Shown here piece by piece: positions 1 through 8,993 of a stretch of 64,000 nucleotides of DNA (the stretch's first letter is position 1; each line of letters begins with the position of its first letter). The notes beneath the pieces are model-generated. The model ran no database searches. It was not told where the DNA came from and saw nothing but the letters and a program-made list of their open reading frames with translations. Both the position numbers and the translations under genes were made by a program. Source of the stretch: a virus (lineage: Duplodnaviria > Heunggongvirae > Uroviricota > Caudoviricetes); the IMG/VR virus record IMGVR_UViG_3300023184_000028, positions 54,551 to 118,550 of that record; one strand, written 5' to 3'.

Positions 1-1
1 C

Positions 2-466
2 CCTATAGTTCATACTGGAACTCAACCTGTGGTTTCTCCTAGTTTAATATACTATGAAGCACAAAAAGTTGATGAATGGGTTGGTGAAAATTATGCCGGA
101 ACATCTGTTAGGGGTGCCGCCAAATACTTAAAAACTGCAGGTAAAATAACATCGTACTATTGGGCATTTGATGTTAACACTTTAGTTAATACCGTATTAA
201 ATTTAGGTCCAGTTGTTGTCGGCACCAATTGGTATTACAATATGTTTTACCCGGTAAATGGTGTTATAAGTGTAGGAGGTTATTACGCTGGCGGTCACGC
301 TTACGTAATAAATGGGGTTGATACAGTAAAAAAACAATTTAGAATAAAAAATAGTTGGGGTCAAACTTGGGGTATTACTGGACATGCTTATATCTCATTT
401 ACGGATATGGCAAGATTAATTTCTGAAAGTGGTGAAATATGTTTGGCAGTAGAAAATAATTTTTAA
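2..466 (+). CDS. Papain-like (C1 family) cysteine peptidase, 5'-truncated by the window edge
   Basis: The frame is open from base 2. It has the catalytic His motif AGGHAYVINGVD and the Asn motif IKNSWG. The catalytic Cys would lie upstream of the window. Confidence 0.8.
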   Translation, partial: PIVHTGTQPVVSPSLIYYEAQKVDEWVGENYAGTSVRGAAKYLKTAGKITSYYWAFDVNTLVNTVLNLGPVVVGTNWYYNMFYPVNGVISVGGYYAGGHAYVINGVDTVKKQFRIKNSWGQTWGITGHAYISFTDMARLISESGEICLAVENNF

Positions 467-480
467 TAAATAATATTACC

Positions 481-1701
481 ATGAAATGTTATAAATATAC
501 AATTACGAACACGGCAACTACTTGGGTAACATTTGGTTACCATAGTTGCGAAAGTAACTTAATCGTAACTCAAGATGAGTTATTTCCGGGTCAGCATAAA
601 TATGTTTGGGCATACGAAGATACAATAGTATCTGCTTTCCAAACAGGTTATAATCTTAATAATGATACTTTAAACCCAATACCAATTTCAACAGGTGCTA
701 CAACCACTACTACAACCATTCCACCTACACCAACTAATACTGAAACGCCAACGCCAACAAATACTGAAACGCCAACACCGACTCCTACTCCAACATTACC
801 AATGTATTATTACGATGTTAATGGTTATAGTTGCGGAACTCCTTGTAATTTTGCGGGAACATTTGTTGTTAAATCATCAACTCCTTTAACTACCGGATAT
901 TTTTATAATAACCCTGAAAATAGGACATATTCATTTGAAATTTTATCATTAACATCAGAAGTTGTTACAAATTATGATTTATCAACCGAACCTGGATATA
1001 GTGATTGTGTATCGTCTTGTTATGGGCCAACACCCACACCAACTAACACATCTACCCCCACACCAACAGTAACACCAACAATAACACCAACACAAGCACC
1101 TAATTATAGTCAATGTGCGTCAGGGTGGACATTATTAAACTTGGATGTTACAACATATAGAAATGGTGACCCAATTCCTGAAGTAACAGGTAACACAGAA
1201 TGGACTGGTTTGACAACAGGTGCTTGGTGTAATCCTGGAGGTAGTTCAAATCCAAACCCATTGTATGGAAAATTATATAATTGGTATGCAGTAAATGACC
1301 CAAGAGGTCTCGCACCCGAGGGGTATCATATACCAACACAAAGTGAATGGTTAGATTTAATAAATTGCGCCGGAGGAGCATCAATTGCTGGAGGTGAATT
1401 AAAAATGACAGGAAATACTGGTAATTGGGCGCCACCAAATTCAGGTGCAACTAATAGTACTAATTTTTCGGGTTTACCAGCAGGAGTAAGGGCTTCAACA
1501 AATGGAAGTTTTGGGGGAACATATACACAGGCAGGTTTTTGGGCATCAAATGAACAAAGTTCATTAAATGCTATTTCAAATTTTTTAACTTATTCAAGTA
1601 CTAATGTTTCTTCTGTAAATTCACCAAAAAGTAGAGGACTTAGTGTTAGATTAATACAAGACCCAACAACAACACCAACACCAACTCCAACAATAACGTA
1701 A
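481..1701 (+). CDS. Pro/Thr-repeat virion-surface-like protein with a C-terminal FISUMP (Fibrobacter succinogenes major paralogous) domain
   Basis: TPTPT tracts separate the domains. The C-terminal part reads WTLLNLDVTTYRNGDPI...YGKLYNWYAVNDPRGLAPEGYHIPTQSEW...FSGLPAG...GLSVRLIQD, the typical FISUMP pattern. Confidence 0.8.
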   Translation: MKCYKYTITNTATTWVTFGYHSCESNLIVTQDELFPGQHKYVWAYEDTIVSAFQTGYNLNNDTLNPIPISTGATTTTTTIPPTPTNTETPTPTNTETPTPTPTPTLPMYYYDVNGYSCGTPCNFAGTFVVKSSTPLTTGYFYNNPENRTYSFEILSLTSEVVTNYDLSTEPGYSDCVSSCYGPTPTPTNTSTPTPTVTPTITPTQAPNYSQCASGWTLLNLDVTTYRNGDPIPEVTGNTEWTGLTTGAWCNPGGSSNPNPLYGKLYNWYAVNDPRGLAPEGYHIPTQSEWLDLINCAGGASIAGGELKMTGNTGNWAPPNSGATNSTNFSGLPAGVRASTNGSFGGTYTQAGFWASNEQSSLNAISNFLTYSSTNVSSVNSPKSRGLSVRLIQDPTTTPTPTPTIT

Positions 1702-1729
1702 AAAAAGTAAATAATAAAACAATAAAAGA

Positions 1730-1737
1730 TATTTATA
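1730..1737 (+). promoter_or_regulatory. TATTTATA putative late-promoter motif (one of about 20 copies, see findings)
   Basis: It lies 17 nt upstream of the ATG at 1755. The same motif recurs upstream of most structural genes. Confidence 0.6.
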
Positions 1738-1754
1738 AATAAAATAGAAAAATT

Positions 1755-4232
1755 ATGTTAACAGGAAAAACCATAGGACAATTAACTTATTTGGAAGTAC
1801 CAACACCAGATACTTTAATACCCGTAGAATTAAGCGGAGCCACATATCATATTGACTTCTCGGCAATCACTACAGGAGGACTTATTGAAGTAACTTACTC
1901 TGAACTTGTAGATAAAATTAATGGTGAAACATTAACAAAAGGTACTCATTATATCATAACTGATTTCCAAACTTGTTATGATGTTCCTGAATATTATGTA
2001 AATGGTAATCCTAAAGGAAGTAATGTAATACAATACAATCAAGGCAATATTGAACCTATTATTGTTTTCGCAACAAGTATTAGTACAATTAGTTCTACCG
2101 CATATCAACCATCATATCCAAATGATAGAATCCAGTATGATTGGACTTTTAATATGACACCAAATACAGGTGGGATTGCTCTTGGTAGAATAACAGAAAG
2201 AATTGATGAATATAACAATAGAACCGACTATGACCACAGAACCATACTTTTTAATAGATTTAAATCATACAATAAAGGCTCTCAATTAACGGGGACTATC
2301 AATAGTTATGATTCCTCAACGGGTATAATAACAGGTAATGGTACTTTATTTTTAGGTGAAGTAGAAATTGGGGACATACTATTTTTTGAATATCAAGGAT
2401 ATATGGTGGGTGTTAGGGTTTATAGTGCTAGTACAAATACCACAATATTAGTTATTGTTGACCCGTCATTTGGAAGCACAATAAACTTCACAGGTGGACT
2501 TATTCCTTTCTACGCATCAACACCAACAGGTAATTACTACGAATATAAAGAGGTTTATATTGGACAAAAAAATGAAGAAGACTGGGATAATTTTTTAACT
2601 TTTAATTTAGATGGAAGTGCAATACATAACTATATTGGTGATTATTCTAAATTTTATCTTGATGAAATCGGAAGTAACTCAGGATTTTTATTGGCAAATA
2701 ATGTGTTTTATGGTAATAGAACTTATTCAAATACTATTGGTGATAGGTCTTATAACAATACGGGAACATATTGGTTTGCAAGAAATACAATTGCCGGTAG
2801 ATTTTATAACAATGTAATTCATAATAATGGTTTTTATAGTAATAGTATTGGAGAATATTTTGATAATAACATTATTAAAGGTTATATGTATGAAAATACA
2901 ATTGAACAATACTTTGAGAATAATGAAATTTATAGGGACTTTTATAGTAATCAAATTGGTAACTATTTTGATTATAATACAACATACCATTATTTTTACG
3001 ATAATAAAATAGGTGTTTATTTTGAAAATAACACTATTGGTCAAGAAGACATATATTATGAATTTTATTCAAACAAAATAAATAATAATTTTAAAGGTAA
3101 TTTATTTCTTGGTGATTTTTCTCTTAATACTGTCGATTCTAATGTTGTGGGTAATCATTTTTCAGGTTATACTGTGGCAAATAAAATAGGTTTAGAAACA
3201 AATTATAATGACTTTTCAGATGTTGTGACAGGAAATGATTTAAAAGGGAATTTTTATGAAAACACTATTGACGGTTCATTTGACGGAAATACTATTGGAT
3301 TTACGTTTCACGATAACTCAATAGTTGGTACTCTACAAGGAAATAAGTTTGGCTATGAAACTTCAGGTAATACTATTACAGGATATTTCACAGGTAATAC
3401 TGTTGGAAATTATTTTAATAATAATGAATTTTCAGGTGAAACCACAGAAAACATAATAGGTGATTTATGTTATGAAAACCAAATATTAAACTATTTTGAG
3501 GGTAATAACATATCTTATGGTTTTAAAGGTAATCTTATTTTAGAACCATTTGCATTTAACAATGTGGGTCTTGGATTCACCGCAAATCAAATATCTGGCC
3601 AGACAATATTTAATACGTTTGGTGACGCAACCGCAGGAAACGATTTCTTAGGTAATTTTATAAGTAATAAAATAAGTAATTTGTTTGTAGAAAATTCGGT
3701 TGGCAGTGATTTTAGTCTTAATACTATTGGAGAATCATTTGGTTTTAATATTATCGGTAATTCATTTGGAGCAAACACAGTTGGAATAGGATTCCAATAT
3801 AACACCATCGGTAATGAATTTGAAAGTAATTATATTGGTGATATATTTTCCGGAAATACCATAGGTAATAGTTTTGGATATGGAGCTGTCTCAAGTCAAA
3901 AAAATATTGTAGGTGATAATTTTATTGCCAATACAATAGGAGAACATTTTTATAATAATAGAATTAGTAATAATTTTAACCTTAATACTGTTGATAACTA
4001 TTTCCAATGGAATATTGTTGATACCATAGTTGGCGATACTTGTTTAACTACGGGTGTTTTGTACGAACCAACTACGGTTAATATCTTTAAAAATAGAAAT
4101 CTTGATAATAGATTGTCGTATTATGATGAGTTAGATGTATTAACAATAGAAACATTAACTGAAGCACCTTGTAATGACTTTGTGACTTTAGACATACCAG
4201 AGAATGATTTGAATTTTGGATTAATATTATAA
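1755..4232 (+). CDS. Tail fibre/spike-like protein with long Asn-rich parallel beta-helix repeats
   Basis: Dozens of NxIGxxFxxN repeats run from about residue 300 to 770. The N-terminal KTIGQL...DTLIPV...GATYHI motif is shared with the 7857 ORF. Confidence 0.7.
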   Translation: MLTGKTIGQLTYLEVPTPDTLIPVELSGATYHIDFSAITTGGLIEVTYSELVDKINGETLTKGTHYIITDFQTCYDVPEYYVNGNPKGSNVIQYNQGNIEPIIVFATSISTISSTAYQPSYPNDRIQYDWTFNMTPNTGGIALGRITERIDEYNNRTDYDHRTILFNRFKSYNKGSQLTGTINSYDSSTGIITGNGTLFLGEVEIGDILFFEYQGYMVGVRVYSASTNTTILVIVDPSFGSTINFTGGLIPFYASTPTGNYYEYKEVYIGQKNEEDWDNFLTFNLDGSAIHNYIGDYSKFYLDEIGSNSGFLLANNVFYGNRTYSNTIGDRSYNNTGTYWFARNTIAGRFYNNVIHNNGFYSNSIGEYFDNNIIKGYMYENTIEQYFENNEIYRDFYSNQIGNYFDYNTTYHYFYDNKIGVYFENNTIGQEDIYYEFYSNKINNNFKGNLFLGDFSLNTVDSNVVGNHFSGYTVANKIGLETNYNDFSDVVTGNDLKGNFYENTIDGSFDGNTIGFTFHDNSIVGTLQGNKFGYETSGNTITGYFTGNTVGNYFNNNEFSGETTENIIGDLCYENQILNYFEGNNISYGFKGNLILEPFAFNNVGLGFTANQISGQTIFNTFGDATAGNDFLGNFISNKISNLFVENSVGSDFSLNTIGESFGFNIIGNSFGANTVGIGFQYNTIGNEFESNYIGDIFSGNTIGNSFGYGAVSSQKNIVGDNFIANTIGEHFYNNRISNNFNLNTVDNYFQWNIVDTIVGDTCLTTGVLYEPTTVNIFKNRNLDNRLSYYDELDVLTIETLTEAPCNDFVTLDIPENDLNFGLIL

Positions 4233-4257
4233 TAAATAAAAAATAAAAAATAAAAAA

Positions 4258-5334
4258 ATGATACAAGGAATTAGAATAACAAGTACAAATTTATCAGGTG
4301 CCACCGCCGATGTAACTTTTTATCCAACAACAGGTGGCTCAACTTCTTTAGGTACTCAAACGGTACCTTTTGATAACATTAGTGATTATCCTTACGGTAC
4401 TTATGATTTATCAATTGCCGAATACGATAGAACCTATGAAATAGAAGTACCAGCACCCTTAACAGGCCAAAGTGCGTATACTGATACGGTAAGGGGAGTT
4501 ACAGTAGATGGCGGAGCACAACCATTCTCAGGTGCGGTATTATCTGAGGTGTGGGGTACATATACAACAGAATATATCACAAATGAAGGTATACCATCTA
4601 CAGACATTGTTTTAGCGGAAGGTATTTGTTCAGATGATGTGGATGCATCAAAAGTACCCGGAAATATTGGTGGATGGCCAACCAGTATTAATTCATTTTT
4701 AGGACCGTTTATGTCCGGTGGATTGGCAGGTTATCCGTTTGTTGGTAGTGTTGGGTTTGGAGCATTTGCAAGTCACGTAGCAACAACTCTTGGTGGAACC
4801 TTGTTTGTTACAAGTATGCCACATATTGGTGTAACTGAAGAAGGTAGTTCAGGTAGAATGTTACGTAGAGGTAAATCCGATAGTTTGACTGATAATACTT
4901 GTGGTGCTGTATGGGGTGCAATTAACCAAGTTGTAAATGTATTAAGTACCGCACCAAGTCAAGATAATCCACCATTTGACAATGGTAATTATTCTTTTTG
5001 GAAATTAACAGATATTTTATGGCCGTATAAATCAACCTTAACAGGTTTTACAGGTACTGCTGAAGAAATATATAATAAACAAATGATATTTGCTACAGAA
5101 ACTATTAGGGATTCCGCATATCAGTATGTTATTGACTATTTACCAGGTGCAACCGAAGCAAATACAGAAAATGATGTATATTTTTTAAGCGGTATTTTTA
5201 TTAATAGTGATGTTAGTACGGGTACAACACAATTTGAATCATATGTTGTTGTTGATAAAGTTATGAAATATGTGTTTGACGACCAATGGTATGATATAAC
5301 TGGCGATTATTTGGCGGGATTACCAATTGACTAA
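4258..5334 (+). CDS. LCIB/LCIC-family beta-carbonic anhydrase-like domain fused to an N-terminal virion-type module
   Basis: Motifs are ICSDD (C124, D126), F-x-x-GGLAGYPFVGSVGFGAFASH, PHIG (H189), GRMLRRG and TCGA (C215). This is the Cys/His/Cys zinc ligand set and glycine pattern of LCIB-like proteins. Confidence 0.8.
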   Translation: MIQGIRITSTNLSGATADVTFYPTTGGSTSLGTQTVPFDNISDYPYGTYDLSIAEYDRTYEIEVPAPLTGQSAYTDTVRGVTVDGGAQPFSGAVLSEVWGTYTTEYITNEGIPSTDIVLAEGICSDDVDASKVPGNIGGWPTSINSFLGPFMSGGLAGYPFVGSVGFGAFASHVATTLGGTLFVTSMPHIGVTEEGSSGRMLRRGKSDSLTDNTCGAVWGAINQVVNVLSTAPSQDNPPFDNGNYSFWKLTDILWPYKSTLTGFTGTAEEIYNKQMIFATETIRDSAYQYVIDYLPGATEANTENDVYFLSGIFINSDVSTGTTQFESYVVVDKVMKYVFDDQWYDITGDYLAGLPID

Positions 5335-5360
5335 ATAAATTAAAATAAAAAATAATAATT

Positions 5361-5627
5361 ATGAGAATTTGTATATTATGTGAAGAATCTAAAGTTTCAC
5401 AAGCAAGAGAAAAAATGAAAAATAATAATATCTTAAAAATAGATTTATCCCCAACCGGAGAATTACCCGCAACACATAAGTTATGTGTTATGGCAGTAAC
5501 CGAAGAAAGGGCGAAACAACTTATGGATTCCGCCGAATTAACAATAATTGAGGCAATGAACCCAAGTGAATTTTTGGAAAAACATAATCTAAAAAAAATC
5601 GGCAAATACGGAATTGGAAACCTATAA
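5361..5627 (+). CDS. Hypothetical protein
   Basis: 88-aa ORF with an A-rich leader, in line with its neighbours. Confidence 0.6.
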   Translation: MRICILCEESKVSQAREKMKNNNILKIDLSPTGELPATHKLCVMAVTEERAKQLMDSAELTIIEAMNPSEFLEKHNLKKIGKYGIGNL

Positions 5628-6234
5628 GATAAAAAAAAATTTCATCACAAAGGATGAATCAAACCAAATAGTAAATTGGTTAGATTCTGTTAACCATACA
5701 GGTGATGATAGTAATTACCATCTTACAGAGCTCTCCAAAGTATTAAAAGGTAAATCTTGTATTTTTGATATTTCAAATACATCATTAACAAATTATATCA
5801 CAAAATTCCAATCAATATCAGACGTATCTAAAAACCCTTTACCTGATTTTATTCATAACATAATAGATAGAATATCAGAAGAGTTTAATTTTCCAAAAGA
5901 TAATATTTTTCTTCAGGCGGTTGATATGAATAAAGGGGGAAAAATTAACCCACATTATGATGCATCTCTTGATGGATATGTTAATTATAAATGTAACATT
6001 AGTGTATTGTCAGAAGATTATGATTTATTTTTAGACAAAGAGTCAATTAAAATACAAGAAACTGATTTATACGGATTTGAGGCCTCATTATATAAACATT
6101 GGACAAACGAGTTTAATTCAAGAAGAGTTTTTTTAAGTTTTGGGTTTTTATTAAAATATGAAGATGTGGGTAGAGATATAAACGACCCGAGAGTTAGATT
6201 AAGTAAAAGAATTGAGAAATACTTTCAAAAATAA
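5614..6234 (+). CDS. 2OG-Fe(II) oxygenase superfamily protein
   Basis: HxD motif (NPHYDA), distal His (YKHW) and Arg (RRVFLSFG). TTG start overlapping the upstream gene. Confidence 0.7.
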   Translation: METYKIKKNFITKDESNQIVNWLDSVNHTGDDSNYHLTELSKVLKGKSCIFDISNTSLTNYITKFQSISDVSKNPLPDFIHNIIDRISEEFNFPKDNIFLQAVDMNKGGKINPHYDASLDGYVNYKCNISVLSEDYDLFLDKESIKIQETDLYGFEASLYKHWTNEFNSRRVFLSFGFLLKYEDVGRDINDPRVRLSKRIEKYFQK

Positions 6235-6256
6235 AATATTTATTAAATAAAGAAAA

Positions 6257-7228
6257 ATGGGAACAAAATACATTGTAAATAACGTAACAGAACAAACTAT
6301 AACAGGTGATTTAAAAATCAACGGAAATATAGTCGTCACAGGTTCAACAACAAATAATAGTATAGGTACTTATAAAGCATTATTAAGTCAAACAGGTTCA
6401 TTAACAGGGACTAGCGTGGGTGACTTTGGTGGTCAATTAATAATTGGTGAAACATATACTATTACAAATTATCAAACTGGTGATACTTTTACTAATGTTG
6501 CTGATGTAATAAGTGGTACTATTAACACAAGCGGTTGTGTATTTATCGCAATTGCAGATGTACCGTCAAATTGGTCAAATAGTTCTGAATTAGTATCAGA
6601 TGGTGATATTGTTTCCCGTGTTTTAGAAAATTCACTAGGTTTTGATATTGATTGGATTCATAATGATACTGGTTATTACATTGGGTATCGTTCTGGACTT
6701 CCTTTTACATACTTTAATGAATTTCCGAGAAATGATATATATACGAATGCCCAATCAATATATCCTTTTAATTATTTTGGTTGTCCTTTTTCACCACTTT
6801 TAACAATTGGTGTTGGTAGTGATTATTCACCTAATGATTCTTTATATTTATCTGTCACTGATGTGTGTGCAGGTCCAGGTCCTGCGTATTTAGATAACTT
6901 ACTATACTTTACACCTATTCAAATACAATTTAAAAAAGAATATCTTGATATATATGGTGCACTTGATGCTTCTTTTCCTTTTAATTATGTGAGCTTGGCA
7001 TTATTTTGTAATGGTAGTTATTTAACCGATATTTATGCTGACGATACATCTTATGTTAATAACATGTCTGAATTAATAACACTATTAAATAATGACCCAG
7101 AAAGTAAAGTATATGATATATCATTCTCTGAAGGTGGTCCAGGCGGTATTACAATGAGAATGTCAAAAGATATTAAAAATTTATATTGTGAGGGTGAATT
7201 AACATTTTTAATTTATAGTAACATTTAA
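6257..7228 (+). CDS. Putative virion fibre/decoration protein
   Basis: Shares ITGDLKINGNIVVTG and YKALLSQTG...VLENSLG segments with the 7857 ORF. TATTTATT lies at 6237. Confidence 0.55.
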   Translation: MGTKYIVNNVTEQTITGDLKINGNIVVTGSTTNNSIGTYKALLSQTGSLTGTSVGDFGGQLIIGETYTITNYQTGDTFTNVADVISGTINTSGCVFIAIADVPSNWSNSSELVSDGDIVSRVLENSLGFDIDWIHNDTGYYIGYRSGLPFTYFNEFPRNDIYTNAQSIYPFNYFGCPFSPLLTIGVGSDYSPNDSLYLSVTDVCAGPGPAYLDNLLYFTPIQIQFKKEYLDIYGALDASFPFNYVSLALFCNGSYLTDIYADDTSYVNNMSELITLLNNDPESKVYDISFSEGGPGGITMRMSKDIKNLYCEGELTFLIYSNI

Positions 7229-7240
7229 AAAAATAAAATT

Positions 7241-7582
7241 ATGATAAAGATAATAAAAAGAACAACAGACAATAAATACCTTAAATCAGTTGAAACTGAA
7301 ACATGGGTTGATAATGTTAAAGACGCATTTGAAATGACATACCTAGAGTGTGAATCTGCTAAAGCAGCATTAAATGGTTTGTTTTTACCAGAACAATTAC
7401 AAGTAATTGTTAATCCTCAAAAAAGTAAACCAATGACAGATGAAGAAATATCACAGATGTCTGCAATGAGACCAAGAAAAAACGTATTACCAAAATCGCA
7501 ACCTATGATGATGAATAATAAAGTAAGTAAAAAAGAAGAGTATCTAAAAAGTTTAGATATAAGTAAATTTTTTAAAAAATAA
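7241..7582 (+). CDS. Hypothetical protein
   Basis: 113-aa ORF with an A-rich leader. Confidence 0.6.
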   Translation: MIKIIKRTTDNKYLKSVETETWVDNVKDAFEMTYLECESAKAALNGLFLPEQLQVIVNPQKSKPMTDEEISQMSAMRPRKNVLPKSQPMMMNNKVSKKEEYLKSLDISKFFKK

Positions 7583-7588
7583 ATTACT

Positions 7589-7849
7589 TTGTACGCAGTA
7601 AAATTAAATAGCAATTTATATAGTGGTCAGACGGCTAATATTATCTTTAGTCCTGATACAGGAGGTACTGTAGATATTGGTTCTGTGGTTATACCATATG
7701 ATTTTTTTGTTGATTATTATTATGGTGTCTATAGCTTTTCATTTCCTGACATAAACAAAAATTGTTTTTTATATCTTAATGACCACTATTTATTATTGGA
7801 AAATGGATATAATTTACTACAAGAAGACGGTTCAACGATAATTATATAA
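7589..7849 (+). CDS. Small protein carrying the repeated ~65-aa module plus a C-terminal LLLENG..LLQEDG motif
   Basis: TTG start. It aligns by eye with the N-terminus of 4258 and with 8755. Confidence 0.6.
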   Translation: MYAVKLNSNLYSGQTANIIFSPDTGGTVDIGSVVIPYDFFVDYYYGVYSFSFPDINKNCFLYLNDHYLLLENGYNLLQEDGSTIII

Positions 7850-7856
7850 AAAGATT

Positions 7857-8753
7857 ATGGCAAGTTTAAAAATAAGTCAACTACCCTCATTAAGTGCAAT
7901 AACAGGTACTGATATAATACCTATTGTAAGTTCAGGTGATACTTATAAAGTATCTTATAGTTTATTATCAAATGGTGATTATCAATTATTTAGAAATAAA
8001 ACAATAAGTCAATCAGGATTTACATTTACCTTTGCTGGTAACTTAAATAGTAAATTAATTATATCTCAAAAATTTGAACAAGGATTGGGTAATAACGCCT
8101 TTGGTATTTATTCTCACGCTCAAGGACAAAATACAATAGCATATGGCGATTATTCTCACTCAGAGGGGTATGGTACAAAATCTACTGCTGCGTACTCTTT
8201 TGTACATGGATATAATAGTGAATCTTTAGGAAATTATTCTTTTACATCAGGTATTGGAACATTTACCTCAGCACAAGGACAGGCAGTATTTGGTAAGTAT
8301 AACACAACAGGTAATACAAGTTCTTTATTCGTTATTGGTAATGGAACCAGTGTTTTTACTAGACGAGATTTAGCATTATTTAATTCAACAGGACTTACAA
8401 TAAATGGTGATTTAATTGTCACAGGAAATACTAATATTAAACCTTATAGTGTTTATATTGGTTTAATATCTCAAACGGGTACATCGGCACCTACTGATGT
8501 TGTTTTAGAAAACACATTAGGATTTACACCTGTTTGGGAATATATATCAGCAGGAACATATAGTGTTAGTCAAACAGACGCTTTTCCAATAGAAAAAGTG
8601 TATGTTAACACACCATTAATGGTTAATAACGATATTACAGATTATTACGCAATAGATAATACTTATTTTCCAAACACATTAATTGTTAGAACATTAAGCG
8701 GTCTTGATGATTCGTTATACTATTCACCAATTGAAATAAGAGTTTACAACTAA
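7857..8753 (+). CDS. Fibre/adhesin-like protein with YadA-head-like (SHAxG) repeats
   Basis: N-terminal KISQLP...DIIPIV anchor motif. Repeats SHAQGQNTIAYG / SHSEGYGTKSTA / SFVHGYNSESLG / SFTSGIGT. Confidence 0.7.
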   Translation: MASLKISQLPSLSAITGTDIIPIVSSGDTYKVSYSLLSNGDYQLFRNKTISQSGFTFTFAGNLNSKLIISQKFEQGLGNNAFGIYSHAQGQNTIAYGDYSHSEGYGTKSTAAYSFVHGYNSESLGNYSFTSGIGTFTSAQGQAVFGKYNTTGNTSSLFVIGNGTSVFTRRDLALFNSTGLTINGDLIVTGNTNIKPYSVYIGLISQTGTSAPTDVVLENTLGFTPVWEYISAGTYSVSQTDAFPIEKVYVNTPLMVNNDITDYYAIDNTYFPNTLIVRTLSGLDDSLYYSPIEIRVYN

Positions 8754-8754
8754 T

Positions 8755-8982
8755 ATGAGCACATCAACCACCATAACACTTGAAAGTATAAATTATAGTG
8801 GTGAGTCAGCTTCCATTATTTTTAGGCCGATTGGAGACACTGTGTCAATTAATTTAGGTACTCAAATACTTCCATACGTATTTGACCCATCAATTTTAGA
8901 ACCATCCAAAACTATTTATGGACAATATGTAATTAAGACCTCAACAGGGAATTGTTCATATAACTTATTTGTGGTTAAGTAA
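8755..8982 (+). CDS. Stand-alone copy of the repeated ~65-aa module
   Basis: SINYSGESASIIFRP...LGTQILPY...YGQY matches the module in 4258 and 7589. Confidence 0.65.
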   Translation: MSTSTTITLESINYSGESASIIFRPIGDTVSINLGTQILPYVFDPSILEPSKTIYGQYVIKTSTGNCSYNLFVVK

Positions 8983-8993
8983 TATTTATAGAC

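Noticed and set aside
700-1110. CRISPR-like or VNTR array from ccaac-rich repeats (also at 9225-9315, 36892-37067 and 51194-51265)
   Set aside because: All are in-frame coding repeats for Pro/Thr tracts, with no constant repeat and unique spacer structure.
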